This document shows positions 25,076-37,097 of a stretch of DNA of 64,000 bases, one piece after another (the stretch's first letter is position 1; every line of letters starts with the position of its first letter). Position numbers and translations under genes: made by a program. The notes under the pieces were generated by a model. That model was given only the letters and a program-made list of their open reading frames with translations. It was not told the DNA's origin and made no database searches. Source of the stretch: Chara braunii (Eukaryota; Plantae; Charophyceae); the NCBI GenBank assembly GCA_003427395.1, contig BFEA01000020.1, positions 1,687,588 through 1,751,587 on the forward strand. Reading direction: 5' to 3'.

Positions 25076-26307
25076 AAAAAAGAAAAGAGAAACAGCCCTT
25101 TCAAAGGACACGAAACCCAGTCGCCACTACAGATATCTATCATACACTATGACACATGACAAGTTCATACAACAGCAAATTTATTCTGAAAAAGGAAAAC
25201 GGAAGAAAAGAAACAGAACTAGCCCTCGACGGCAAGGACAAAAATAGCCCGGCCACTGATCCATGTGCAGATAATGCACATGAAAAACATATCTCTGCAC
25301 AACATCCAATTGCGTTCTTTTTTCCACTTCCTTTCTTTTTTTTCCCCTTTTTTTTTTCGATCCTTTTAGAAGGGCAACGACGTTGAGATATCATCATTGA
25401 TTTGACTGGCCCCAGGTATTTCACGATTATTCTGTTCTGTTCATCTGATTCGTTCTGGGTGTACCACTTCTTGCAGTCTTGTTGCTGCCATGCCTTTGCG
25501 CGATGTTTTATCAAATAACACCACCGGACGTGGCCAAGTCAAGCTGAGCATGGCCGAGGCACGAGCGACCAGGGCAGGCTTTTCTTTCCACATTCACCTG
25601 GTAGTAATAGGTGAATCTGGCCCAAATCACGGCCGGTGGCAACTACCGGCTGGTCTTCTGAAGGGCCTTCTACTAGACCCCACGTCACTTGCCAAGCAGA
25701 ATTTTTAAGCCATCGGTCTGATAGATCAACCAAATCCTCCGTGCAGCCCCCCGTCCCTGCGGTGGCCTTCGACAAAACTGCAGTTTTCCTGAGTTCATTT
25801 ATTAGAGGTTACGACTGAACCGTCCACTCTCCGAAGTCTATTTCCTATGGAGAGTACTCCTGCGGGCATACTCAAGGAGCACCCTCCTAAATATAATATA
25901 TTGTCTGCCTGATTACGGCCAGACATGGACGCATCTGGCCACAATCACGTCCACAGCTCGGTCCAAAAAGTCCTGGCGTGACAACGGGCCTCGCTCCACC
26001 ACTCACCACAGCGGCCTTATCTTGTTGCGCCCTTGTTGCACACACCCGCGTGGTGATTCACTCACCCGCACGGTGACAGCAAGAGAAGAGTGTGGTGAGT
26101 GGTGGTGTGAGGGTGACCCTTCTTTTTTCTTTTTTCTTTTCCATTTGAGTTCTTTCAATCTTTTGCAATTAATTTTGGAAACAAGCATGACAGACCGACC
26201 GGTCCGTGTACTTGTTCCTTGTAAACTCGACTTGTTCCTTGTAAACTTGTTCCTTGTAAACTCGACTTGTTCCTTGTAAACTCGACACCGTACAAAATGC
26301 CGCAATT

Positions 26308-26412
26308 GTCCTTCGGGACATCCGTTCAAATCGGAGCGATACAGAGAATGAAGATTATTAGCATGGCCCCTGCGCAAGTAAGGATGACACGCATAAATCG
26401 AGAAATGGTCCC
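26308..26412 (+). pseudogene. U6: Full-length U6 retrocopy with A-rich tail (AGPase intron 4, antisense to the gene)
   Basis: GTCCTTCGGGACATCC..AAATGGTCCC, tail at 26413-26440, possible TSD aaaa(t)gccgca, and three small insertions. Confidence 0.93.
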
Positions 26413-26488
26413 AAAAAATAATAATAATAATAAAAAAAAAGCCGCAGCAGCAGCAGCAGCATGATGTGTCATCCCGGGCGTTCCCTAC

Positions 26489-27103
26489 CTGCACGTTCTC
26501 TCCGACCCTGGCATTCTTGTCGATGATGGCTCGTTTGATGATGGAGTTCTTGCCAATTCCCATGGGCACGCCACCGGTGCTGACGATTTCCTTCCTCTCC
26601 TCGTCCGTCTCGTAGTAATCCGATCCCATCAGCAGCGTGTCCTGAACGACCGCCCCTTCGTCAATCCACGACCGCAATCCTACGACGGAATGTGAAACGG
26701 TGCAATTCTTGATCACACATCCCTCACCAACCACACTGTCGATGACATCGGCATCGATCATCTTCGAAGGCGGCAAGTACCGAGCCTGCGTGTAAATGGG
26801 AGCAGACCGATCGTAGAAGCTGAATTCCGGGTCCAGTTGCTTGGTGAGGGACAGGTTGGCATTGTAAAAGGCCTCGATCGTTCCAATGTCTTCCCAGTAG
26901 CCGTCGTAGAGATAAGCCTGCACATTGAGTCCGCGAGCAGTGGCACCTGGAATGACCTCGCTGCCGAAGTCGTTGGCTTCGGGAAAGTCGTCACGAAGCA
27001 GCTTGATCATGCTCTCCTTGCTGATTACGTAAATGCCCATGCTGGCAATGTAGGGCATCTCCTTGGCACGCTCTTCGTCCAGGCCCAGAATGGTTGTGTC
27101 CAC
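26489..27103 (-). CDS. APS1: ADP-glucose pyrophosphorylase small subunit, exon 4 (615 bp)
   Basis: VDTTILGL..ASMGIY..DFGSEVIP..YWEDIGT..IIDKNARVGENVQ. TTTCAG acceptor, GTAGGG donor. Confidence 0.97.
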
Positions 27104-27396
27104 CTGAAAGTACGGACAACCACACACACAGAGAGCAAACAAAACAAAGCGCACAAAAAGAAACCAGAAAGAAAAAGAGGGATCAGCATGATGTGAGCGG
27201 AATCAGCAGGGAGGCACCAGAAAAAAAGATCAGCATGATGTGAGCGGAATCAGCAGGGAGGCAGGCAGGCAAGCAAGCAACGGTACGAGATACAGGACAC
27301 AAAGAAAGAGAAACCAAACCAAGCCAAAGAAGAGCAAGCAAGTTCACAAGGGTCAAATTTCGAAGTCATGATTTGTTTAACTGCCATTTACATGAC

Positions 27397-27450
27397 GTAT
27401 CTGTTCTGATCAGTCTAATATCTGATCCATGGCCCATCCAGCCACAACGA
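27397..27450 (+). pseudogene. U2: U2 snRNA internal fragment (AGPase intron 3, antisense to the gene)
   Basis: GTATCTGTTCTGATCAGTCTAATATCTGAT..GGCCCATCCAGCCACAACGA resembles U2 GTATCTGTTCTTATCAGTTTAATATCTGAT (stem IIa/IIb region). Confidence 0.8.
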
Positions 27451-28269
27451 AAAAATATGCGAAAAAAAATATATCGGTTACATGTCGGTGCCAGTCAGGC
27501 ATAGGGGTAGTCGAGGGAGGGGGTACGGAGAGACTGTTGTCGCAGTCTTGTGGGTAAAAGTATGGGAGAGGATAGGCACATACCAGGTGCCAGGTGGAAG
27601 AGACTGAAATGCAGTGAACACTGTTACGGACACAATGGTTACATTGCCACAACATGATGGTACGCAGGTGCGAAAGAGTCAGATGAGGGATGCATGCCCA
27701 GAGGGGGGATACCCTGTCAAGGGTTAATTTAGCGAGTGTAATATGGGCAAAAACTGAGCCGAAAATGTGCGAAAACAGTTACTACAAACTACGGTTACAA
27801 ATTGGGTAAACAGAGGGTAGAAATTGGCTGTAGTCATAAATGAGCGAGTGAAAAATGGGCAAACCCGCTGTGAAACACCCGATAATAGCGCGCTTTCTAT
27901 AAGGGTGAATACAGGGTAGAATATAGATGGTCATTATGCGCGAGCCTTCACCGGCAAGCAAGTACGCAATCAGAGGCTTCACAGTGCGCAATTAAAAATC
28001 ATCGCACTCCCGCGAACACTTACACGCGTGTAGTCTAAAGACTCAGCGCACAGGACTCAACTCGTGTATGGGAGACTGCAAGGAAAGGAGAAAGGACATA
28101 CATACGAGACAGAAAAGGAACCACTATGATTGAGAGATGGCCCCTTTGAGCCCCTTGGGACATCGATTACAAACCATATACATACCCTTTGGTCAGATCA
28201 CGATAATAAAAATAACAATGGCCATACACTCACCCCAAAAGAGAAAAATCAATAATAATAAGCCCATAC

Positions 28270-28539
28270 CTGCATATGCTTCAATGCATCTCCCTTGGGT
28301 TTCTCGGCAAATTCCACAATTCTCCCTCTGGAGTCGATCTTCATGAGACCAAAAGCAGTGGCGCGTTTCTCGTCCATGGGCAGCGCTGCGACTGTGATGT
28401 CGGCGTTGGTCACCCGGTGATGCTCGATGAACTTCTGGTAATCCATTCGGTAAAGATGATCTCCCGCCAAAATCAGGTACTCGAGAACATCGCTCTCTTC
28501 AAACAACCACAGATATTGACGAACAGCATCGGCAGTCCC
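28270..28539 (-). CDS. APS1: ADP-glucose pyrophosphorylase small subunit, exon 3 (270 bp)
   Basis: [37 protein letters not shown] acceptor, GTATGG donor. Confidence 0.97.
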
Positions 28540-28673
28540 CTGCAAAAAAAAAAAAAGAGCGCACGCAGCAACCCACCACCCACCCACCCAGCCAGCAATC
28601 AAGTTCGTCAGCTTGAACGCTAACGCGTCGTTTAAAAACTGACAGACTGCCTAAACAGTGCTCTTATCTTATG

Positions 28674-28709
<36 letters not shown>

Positions 28710-28919
28710 CTGCCGGCGCGTTTTTTTTTAATTCCGATTCGTAACAATGTTGTGAGATCCAACGTACTTGACCACTAAAATAACGGCAAAATGAAACGAA
28801 CACGACAGGACTACGTTAGCAAATAAATCGTGATGATAATATAAACAGCTAATATTGCTGCGTAGTAACTAGCTGCCAACTGAAATACGCAATTACCGAC
28901 ATGGGAAGGTGGTAGAACG

Positions 28920-29033
28920 CACCAACGGGCGTAAGCTCAGCTGGTACACCCATGAATCTAAAACCAGACCCCAATTCGAATCCAGATGCAATCAGGACGA
29001 CCAGAGTCAGGGGAAAAAAAAATAAAAAAAAAA
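28920..29033 (+). mobile_element. tRNA-derived SINE, copy 2 (AGPase intron 2)
   Basis: caccaacgggcgtaAGCTCAGCTGGtacacc..TTCGAATCC..A-tract; head matches 19192. Confidence 0.65.
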
Positions 29034-29136
29034 GAGGGTACAGCGCTGAAAACTCTTACTATCACACAAAATAGACAGTAAGCTTATAAAATAGTAATAC
29101 TGTAATAGATGGACTGTTATCTCCGAACGTACATAC

Positions 29137-29433
29137 CTGGAACCAATTGGGGTTCTCGGGACTCTGTTGAGCAGCCAGGACTTCGACGAAACCTTCGTTT
29201 TTATATCCGCCCATGTTGCTTGCATATGCTCGCGAGAGGTGACGATTTAAAGACGCAGAGTTGAATTGGGTGAGCACATAGATTTTGCGAATATTGCTGT
29301 TGATGCAATTGCTCACAGGGATATCGATCAGCCTGTAGTTCGCGCCAAGAGGGACAGCAGGCTTCGCGCGCTTCTTGGTCAGCGGATAAAGCCGAGTCCC
29401 CGCCCCTCCTCCAAGGATAATGCCGAGCACGCT
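29137..29433 (-). CDS. APS1: ADP-glucose pyrophosphorylase small subunit, exon 2 (297 bp)
   Basis: [40 protein letters not shown] acceptor, GTATGT donor. Confidence 0.98.
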
Positions 29434-30394
29434 CTGCAGTCGATTAGCCGGACCACACCACGATACACACCCCACGGAGACCAAAACACAAATCAAACAA
29501 TTGAACCAATAATCTCCCAATCATACGACGAGTACCATTAAAAAATAATCTTCACCTACAACATATCAGATACAGCGCCATACTTCTTTGTCTTTTGTGC
29601 ATGGGGTGAGTGGTGCATCGACGCACATTGCATACTTCTTCTGCTGTGTCCTTTTTTCTTCCTGCTGTGTCCTTTCTTCTCCCTGCTGTGTTCTTCCTTC
29701 TCCCTGCTGTGTCCTTTCTTCTTCGGCTGAATTAGACGTGCTTAGATACAGGTCATAGCACGTCTAACTTTGGGCGAAGGGGATGCAATCTAATAAGAGA
29801 CTCGACTCCTCTCTTAGATAGCCCATGCGGCACAATATATGGTGATAGCACGTCTAATTTGGGCGATGGCATCTCAGAGACTAAAAAACGCGCAATCTTA
29901 GATCGNATGCGGCACAATATATGGTGATAGCACGTCTAATTTGGGCGATGGCATCTCAGAGACTAAAAAACGCGCAATCTTAGATCGGTCAAATCCGTCA
30001 AATTCTTTTACATTGACCACAACATTTTCCAACCCCCTTTAGAGTCGTCGCGCCGATCCACTACAAAATTCTTATAGTCAGCCAAATCATCCAAATGCAC
30101 TGAGCAAATTTGAAACATGACATGCATGACATTGTTCTCACCACAGGGTCACGCTGACAAATCTCTCGACCGACTCTCGGACGTTTGCTACCCTTACACA
30201 CCCGAAACTGATAATGTTGACCAAAAACACGTGTTGACCAAAGAACGAAAAAAAGTGTTTCCCTTGAATGACGATCTCGAATATCGCACAGACGTTACCC
30301 CTTGCCCGCCCCACACTATCGCAGAGACGTATCACGCCGCGTTGTATTCGGCGGTTGAACGGAGGCAGAAACAAAAAAAAGGAGCTCGTTGCTG

Positions 30395-30705
30395 GCCAAT
30401 ACTTCAATTCGACCGTCTTCACCCGAATAGAACGCCCCCCAATACTTGATTTCGACCGTCTTCACCCGAATAGAACGCCCCCCAATACTTCAATTCGACC
30501 GTCTTCACCCGAATAGAACGGCGCCCCCCACGGACATTCCCCCCTGCCCGCCCCCCACGGACGTTACCCCCTGCCCGCCCCGCCCCACACTATCGCAGAG
30601 ACGTATCACCCCGCGTTGCATTCGGCAGAAACAAAGAAAAACCGCAAGAACTCGTTGTTGGCCAATACTTCAACTCGACCGTCTTCACCCGAATAGAACG
30701 CCCCG
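30395..30705. repeat. About 41-bp minisatellite (AGPase intron 1)
   Basis: aatacttcaattcgaccgtcttcacccgaatagaacg occurs 4 times, within a larger duplication. Confidence 0.85.
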
Positions 30706-31329
30706 TCGTCATAGCGGCAACTGGGCCACCCTCCAGTCTAGATGCGCTCACAATGACCGAGATTCTATCGCCCGGGTGAAGACGGTGGTAAAATTCAAAG
30801 GATACCTGACACACACAAATCATCGCTCCCGACCATACTCGACGATCGCGTTCCAATTTGCACCCCGGGCGAACCTTGGCCGGGACTGTTTTCCGCGCGT
30901 GGACGGTACCTACCGTTTGCCGAACCCGGCTGGGACGCAAACTCGCGTTTCTTTCTCCCAACTGGGAATTCTCAGGAATTTCTTTATCCCGACTGGGAAT
31001 TCTCTTGTCACCAGGAGTGGTTGTGTAAATGTTACGTAGCACAACCCCCATGCATTGCGTTCTATTCGACGACCTTGCAATTGACAACCCCCCACGCGTT
31101 CTATTCAATTATAGTCGACAAGCTGACACCGATCAACGCTCTGGCACTGACAAACTTGACAGGCGGACACACGCTGCGTCAGCATACAAGGCAGACAAAG
31201 TGAGCATGCGGCCTTCCACACCGTAGAAGCCTGGCATACATGCACGGTTGCTTAAGGGGAAGCTAGCTAGGCTAAGCTAGCTAGCCGGCACTATCTGAAG
31301 ACAGACATACGCTTCACAACAGAAGGTTC

Positions 31330-31680
31330 AAACACTGCCAAAACAACCAACTAAACACTCTACCAAAACAACCAACTAAAGCCACAACAAAGATCAAACA
31401 CTAACCACACCAACACAAAACAGAAGCCTCAGAAACAGACACGAAAAAAGCATGAGCCACAGAAACAGAGAACAGAGTACAAAAACAACAGAAGCCACAG
31501 AAATAGAAAAACAAACAAAAAAAAAAAAAGCCACAGAAGCAGAGATAAACAAAAGCCATCGAAGCAGAGAAACAAAAGCCACAGAGACCGAGAACAAAAA
31601 CAACAGAGGCCACAGAAACAGACAAACAAAACGACAGAAGCCACAGAAGCAGAAAACGAAATCAAACATGTCAACAAGAG
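31330..31680. repeat. Degenerate A/C-rich minisatellite
   Basis: Recurrent aaacagaagccacagaa units. Confidence 0.75.
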
Positions 31681-32089
31681 CATAAAAGACAACATAGTTC
31701 AAATGTTCCACGGCGTCTCTCCACACTTAACTGAGGTGAGTCATCAGTCAACACGAATCACCGGATGTTACACGGCGTCAGTCAACACGAATCACCGGAT
31801 CTCACAACCCGAAGCACAGACATGCACCCTCCCAACAGCCCCACGACGGCAGTCATGCACGCACACAACAGGCACGGATACAGCCGTGAACTGTAGAAAT
31901 ACCATGCACCCACATTGGGAGGCTATGCACCCATCGACCGACNCGCACACAACAGGCACGGATACAGCCGTGAACTGTAGAAATACCATGCACCCACATT
32001 GGGAGGCTATGCACCCATCGACCGACGCCTCCTCGACCATACACATCCATATATGTGCGCACACACACGTACGCAAACAAACAAGCATA

Positions 32090-33160
32090 GCAAGCGCGAA
32101 CTGAAAAACGACCAGCAAACAATGTGTACGCTTCTGCTCACGAACTGCCTATATGGCTATACAAGCCTACACCATTTCGCCGTATAGCCAGCCCGCGAGC
32201 AGAGCAGACATTTATAATAATAGCATCACTGTACTCAAATGCCGATGCACCCATAGAGCCATGCTAAACAGCATAGCATGCGCGGACTGAAAAACGACCA
32301 GCAAACGATTTGTATGCTCACGATCTGCCTATATGGCTATACAAGCCTAAATCATTTCGCCATATAGCCAGCCCGCGAGGAGAGCAGACATTTATAATCA
32401 CAGCATCAGTGAAATCAAATTGAAGCCGATGCACCCATATAGCCATGTTAAACGGGATATAACCATATGGCTAGCGGACGATTTGAACGATTTGCATCCT
32501 CCTGCTCACGAACTGGCTATATGGCGAAACCGTTTAGACATATAGCTAGCCCGTGCGCAAAGCAGACATTTGACATATAGCTAGCCCGTGCGCAGAGCAG
32601 ACGTTTGGCAGTATGGCAATGGCTGTAATGGTTAGACATATAGCTAGCTAGCACCGATGTATTCAAATTTTGAAACCATGCACACCCATATAGCCATGCA
32701 AAACGCCATCGACATAGCGCCGCGAACTGATTTAATGGCTAGAACACGACTACCGGTATCAAACGATCCGCATCCTTCTGCTCACGAACTTATTAAAGAG
32801 ACATACTGAGAGCTAGCAAACGATTTTCATCCTTCTGCTCACTAACTGGATATGGCTTTTCACCGTTCAGACATATAGCTAGCCCATGGGCAGAGTAGAC
32901 GTCCTGGCTATATGGCTGCAATGTCGCCATATGGCTACGCCCCGACCAGAGCAGACGTACATAGATAATCGGAGCAATCAATGAATTCGAATTGAAACCC
33001 CCGCACCCATATAGCCATGCCAAACGGCATATCGCCATAGAGCCGCAAAGTGACTAAGTGGCTAGCAAACGATTTGCATCATTCTGATCACAAACTGGCT
33101 ATATGGCTATATACAATTTGGACACATGGATACCCCGTGAGCAGAGCCGACGTATAGAAA
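32090..33160. repeat. Degenerate tandem array of about 190-bp units
   Basis: Recurrent ctgctcacgaactggctatatggc, atatagctagcccgtg..agagcagac and gcacccatatagccatg. Confidence 0.8.
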
Positions 33161-33379
33161 TAACCAGAGCATTGTGGTCGCTCCCACATCCAACGACATA
33201 AAACTGCTGACATCATGATATACCCGCACACAAAGGACCGTGAATAACGTTACCACTTGAATTTCCGGTCAACCGCACGCATAGAAATGAAACAAAAAAT
33301 AAACGCATACTCCACAGCCATGACGGGATAAGTCAAACAACCAGCGAGAGAAAAAAAGGGGCGGGCTAGCGAGAGAGAG

Positions 33380-33465
<86 letters not shown>

Positions 33466-33675
33466 NNNNNNNNNNNNNNNNNNNNNNNNNNNNNNNNNNN
33501 NNNNNNNNNNNNNNNNNNNNNNNNNNNNNNNNNNNNNNNNNNNNNNNNNNNNNNNNNNNNNNNNNNNNNNNNNNNNNNNNNNNNNNNNNNNNNNNNNNNN
33601 NNNNNNNNNNNNNNNNNNNNNNNNNNNNNNNNNNNNNNNNNNNNNNNNNNNNNNNNNNNNNNNNNNNNNNNNNNN

Positions 33676-33767
<92 letters not shown>

Positions 33768-33993
33768 CTAGAACACAATATACATGTATGTACACATCAG
33801 AAGCCGACGAATTGGTGTACATTTCTCAGCGACGTGAGAAGACTGGACAATTCGCATGGCGTTGACAGTCAAGCACCAAGCACAGACTGACATTATCTCA
33901 ATTCAAATTCGCGAATGCTGAACTACCACATGGGCACACCTACTTCCGTACAAGTCCAAGACTAGCTAGTGGTAGTCTCTCGCGAAGACTCAC

Positions 33994-34398
33994 CCTTCCA
34001 GCGTCGGGCTCGAGGCAGGTGTCAGGCTGATTGGAATCTGACACGGCCCTTGGCGAGACCACCCGTTTGACAATCCGTGTTGTCTTGCTGGCCATGGAAG
34101 ACGGTGTAGCCATATCCGCCGCATGTCGGAGGAGTTCGCCATCGCTCCCGCCCGACATGAAAGCACTCGCACAGAACGACATCGCTGCAGCCTCATTTGT
34201 CCCCGAGCGCGGTGCAATGCTCAGCGGAGACGAACTAGCCAAGCGCGCACATCCGGCGTACCCTGCGCGCAGCGAGGCGGGCGTTTCGCAAGACGTCGAT
34301 GCCGCCGAATTGACGGCAGCGGGGGACGGAGAGCGAGACTGCAGAGCAAGGCTGGCAACAGCGCACAAGGAGGTAGCCGACGCCATCGCTGCAGCCAT
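33994..34398 (-). CDS. APS1: ADP-glucose pyrophosphorylase small subunit, exon 1 (plastid transit peptide and mature N-terminus, 405 bp)
   Basis: MAAAMAS.. Ser/Ala-rich peptide ending SPRAVSDSNQPDTCLEPDAGR (compare plant SPKAVSDS..TCLDPDAS). GTGAGT donor. The choice of start codon is inferred. Confidence 0.9.
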
Positions 34399-36039
34399 AG
34401 CTGACTTGTGACCTCTGCGCAAACAGCTGCGCCGCGCGCTCAAGACACCAGGTCCCACAGGCGCGCCGAGCAGCTCCCGGCAGCTGCAGTTTCTTCACTC
34501 CCCGCCGCCTCAGCACTGAGTCGCCACGTGCGTTGATGTACTCATATGACCAAAACAGTCTCCGACAGAGAGACCGCGCGCAATCCCATAGCCGACGCGA
34601 ATCGAGACATCCAAAAAATGGCGGGGCGCGTCTCAGCACGCGGTGACGCGAGCTCCGAGTGGCAAAAGCGCGGGAAGCTACGAGCCACAGCGCCAACGGA
34701 GCCACATAGGCGGGACTGATTCGCGGAGGATGAATAAAAGCTGGGAGAAATGGACCGAAGTGGGAGTGCCGCGCATATCCAGTCCTTCGACAAGATAGCA
34801 CAGCACCGTATGTCGCGCAATGGCGTCGCACAATGATCACGGCAGGCACAGTTCTGACATTTATCCACCAGATTCGGTCGGGATGTTGATGCCCCCGCCT
34901 TCCCCTTCCTACTGATCCACGCTCTCCGCTCCCTCCCCTCTCCCTCCCCTCTCCCTCCCCTCTCCCTCTCCCTCTCCCTCTCCGCTATCTCGTCCGTCAC
35001 CCTTTGGCCGCCTTGGGGTCAAGTAACCCCAAAATGGTTTCTGATTTTTCGCGCGCGGGGGATTTGGAGGAGGGGAGGAGGAAGTGGGCCCCGGCAAAAG
35101 GATCTACCCTACTATTTTTTTTTTCCCCCGAGGATCTATCCTGCTCGTGCAACCCCTCTAAAAAAATGGAGGTGCAATGCAAGTTTGTTGTTTGAGGAAA
35201 AAAAAGGCGAAAGAGGAAAAAAAGTCAAGCGTCGAGGGAGAGCTATTCTGGTTAACGGTCATTCAACCGCCCAAATGTTTTCGGCGCGCGCTACAATCAG
35301 TGGATGGGCTTCGCACATGACATGGCAATGAGATGGCGGTCGCTCAGCTGTCCGTCCTCCTTCCTGCCCCTCCTACTCCTCCTCCCCACCCCCTTTTTTC
35401 TTTCTCTCCCCCCCCTCCTTCGCCCTTCTTTCTTATTTTATTTTTTATTTCCCTCGCCCTTCCACCACCGAAGGGTCTTTCCGACAACGACAAATAACAA
35501 ATAAAAATTGGAAAATTGGAAAAGATCAGCTACATATCTTTGATAGGTTGCGAGTCCGTTTCATTTCACAAAAAAAAAAAAAAAAAAAAAACCAAAACAG
35601 TCCCAGTAGCACAGTTTGTAACTGCTCTCCTCCCTCTCTTCCTGCGCCCCTTCCTTTCCTTTCCTTTCCTTTCCTTTCCTTTCTTCTCCATCCTTACCGT
35701 CCCAAGAAAGTCGGGGCAATCAAGAACCAGCTCATGGGACGAAAGCGGTAAGAACCGGCAGTGAAGTAGTTGCAAAAACTTGCATTGCAATTACTTTTCA
35801 TTTTTTCTTATTTTTAACTGCGCGTACTTCAGTGTTCAGCGTCGAACAATCAAGAACTGGCTTATGGACGGTTCCGAGCAATTGCCGGTGGTCGCTGCGA
35901 AATCTGTTGGTTCCATGGAGCCCACGTGGACAGCTCGTGGACAGCTCCACTGTAACGATGAGCACACTCGCAATAGCGCAGCCGCCGTGTGCATGCTGTG
36001 TGCCTGTCTGTATGGGCGAACCGGACCACATCCGTCAAT

Positions 36040-36074
<35 letters not shown>

Positions 36075-36420
36075 NNNNNNNNNNNNNNNNNNNNNNNNNN
36101 NNNNNNNNNNNNNNNNNNNNNNNNNNNNNNNNNNNNNNNNNNGCCTCCAAGGGTGTGTTCACCCTGGGATTTGTTCGACTGATTTTCACGCCGAGTGGCG
36201 TCAAATACATCCCGGAAACTCACATCAGCGAAACCCACCCATCCACACACATACACATAGCAAAAGAGAAAAGAGAGAGAGAGAGAGAGAGAGAGGCAAG
36301 CCTGATCCAACACGTAGCCACGCACGCACACACCAATACAGCGGACTAGAGAGAGAGAGAGAGACGATGCATAGTTAGAAAAATCCAAGCCACTATAATG
36401 CCTGCTGGAGGATATCTGCC

Positions 36421-36576
36421 AACACCCAGAGGAAACGAATGGATATTGGTGTACCAATAAAGTGCTGAATTACAGACCCGGGTTCGAACCCAGAGTTTAA
36501 TCAGACGATTCTGCATTTCCTCGGACAGGGTCAGCTCAATGATGATACCTCAATGCCATCGCGCTTTCGAAAAAAA
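36421..36576 (+). mobile_element. tRNA-derived SINE, copy 3
   Basis: B-box GGTTCGAACCC; body ggtcagctcaatgatgatacctcaa shared with 19307-19331; A tail. Confidence 0.6.
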
Positions 36577-37097
36577 CAAGAAACGACGGACGGTCATTTC
36601 TCGAATCCATAAATAACGGTAGCACACCGACTACCCGTTCCTCCTCTCTACCGCGTTAACTCCTCCTCTCTACCGCGTTAACAATAGAGGCCCCACAGCC
36701 CTATGGTACTGTTCGCTACCGTTGGCCTTCGCAAGATCCATAACTGCCAATTGTTTGTTTTGTTCTTTGCGCAACTGCCTGACCCATAACTGAAAGATTC
36801 TCGGCTATATTGGCACACGGCCATTGGGGGGGGGGGGGGGGGAATCTACGATAAAATTTCTAGATGGAAAAGGTGGGCCACAGGTGAGGCAGTGTGGGAC
36901 CAACCAAGGACACTCCACTACTGTCCTCTGTACAAAAATGGACGGTGGGACATTGTTCCGGTTATTGTCCGCTGTACATGTGCGAAATGGCTTGGACAGT
37001 GGTCAGCAACCCGGTGGAAAGTCGACTGTTTGTGAATGTATGGCTCCCAGCCTGCAAAATTTGTTTCGCGGAAAGTCCTTCAAGGAACTCACCGTTC

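Noticed and set aside
7037-26412. U6 copies as functional snRNA genes
   Set aside because: They are truncated, interrupted or carry indels, have TSDs or A tails, and lack an upstream USE/TATA and an oligo-T terminator.
26003-26488. ORF-track C-terminal extension of AGPase reading through antisense U6
   Set aside because: Intron sequence. A GT donor at 26488 and the true last exon at 24183-24299 complete the protein.
30395-30705. CRISPR-like short repeats (also 54052-54262, 26205-26285, 19009-19086)
   Set aside because: No unique spacers, no cas genes and a eukaryotic context; these are ordinary minisatellites.
29826-32024. Perfect duplications of about 80 bp separated by a single N (29906 and 31943)
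   Set aside because: Typical unmerged contig-overlap artefacts.
33181-33203. TCCCACATC resembling the plant snRNA USE promoter element
   Set aside because: No snRNA downstream, imperfect match, and located in a repeat-rich intron.
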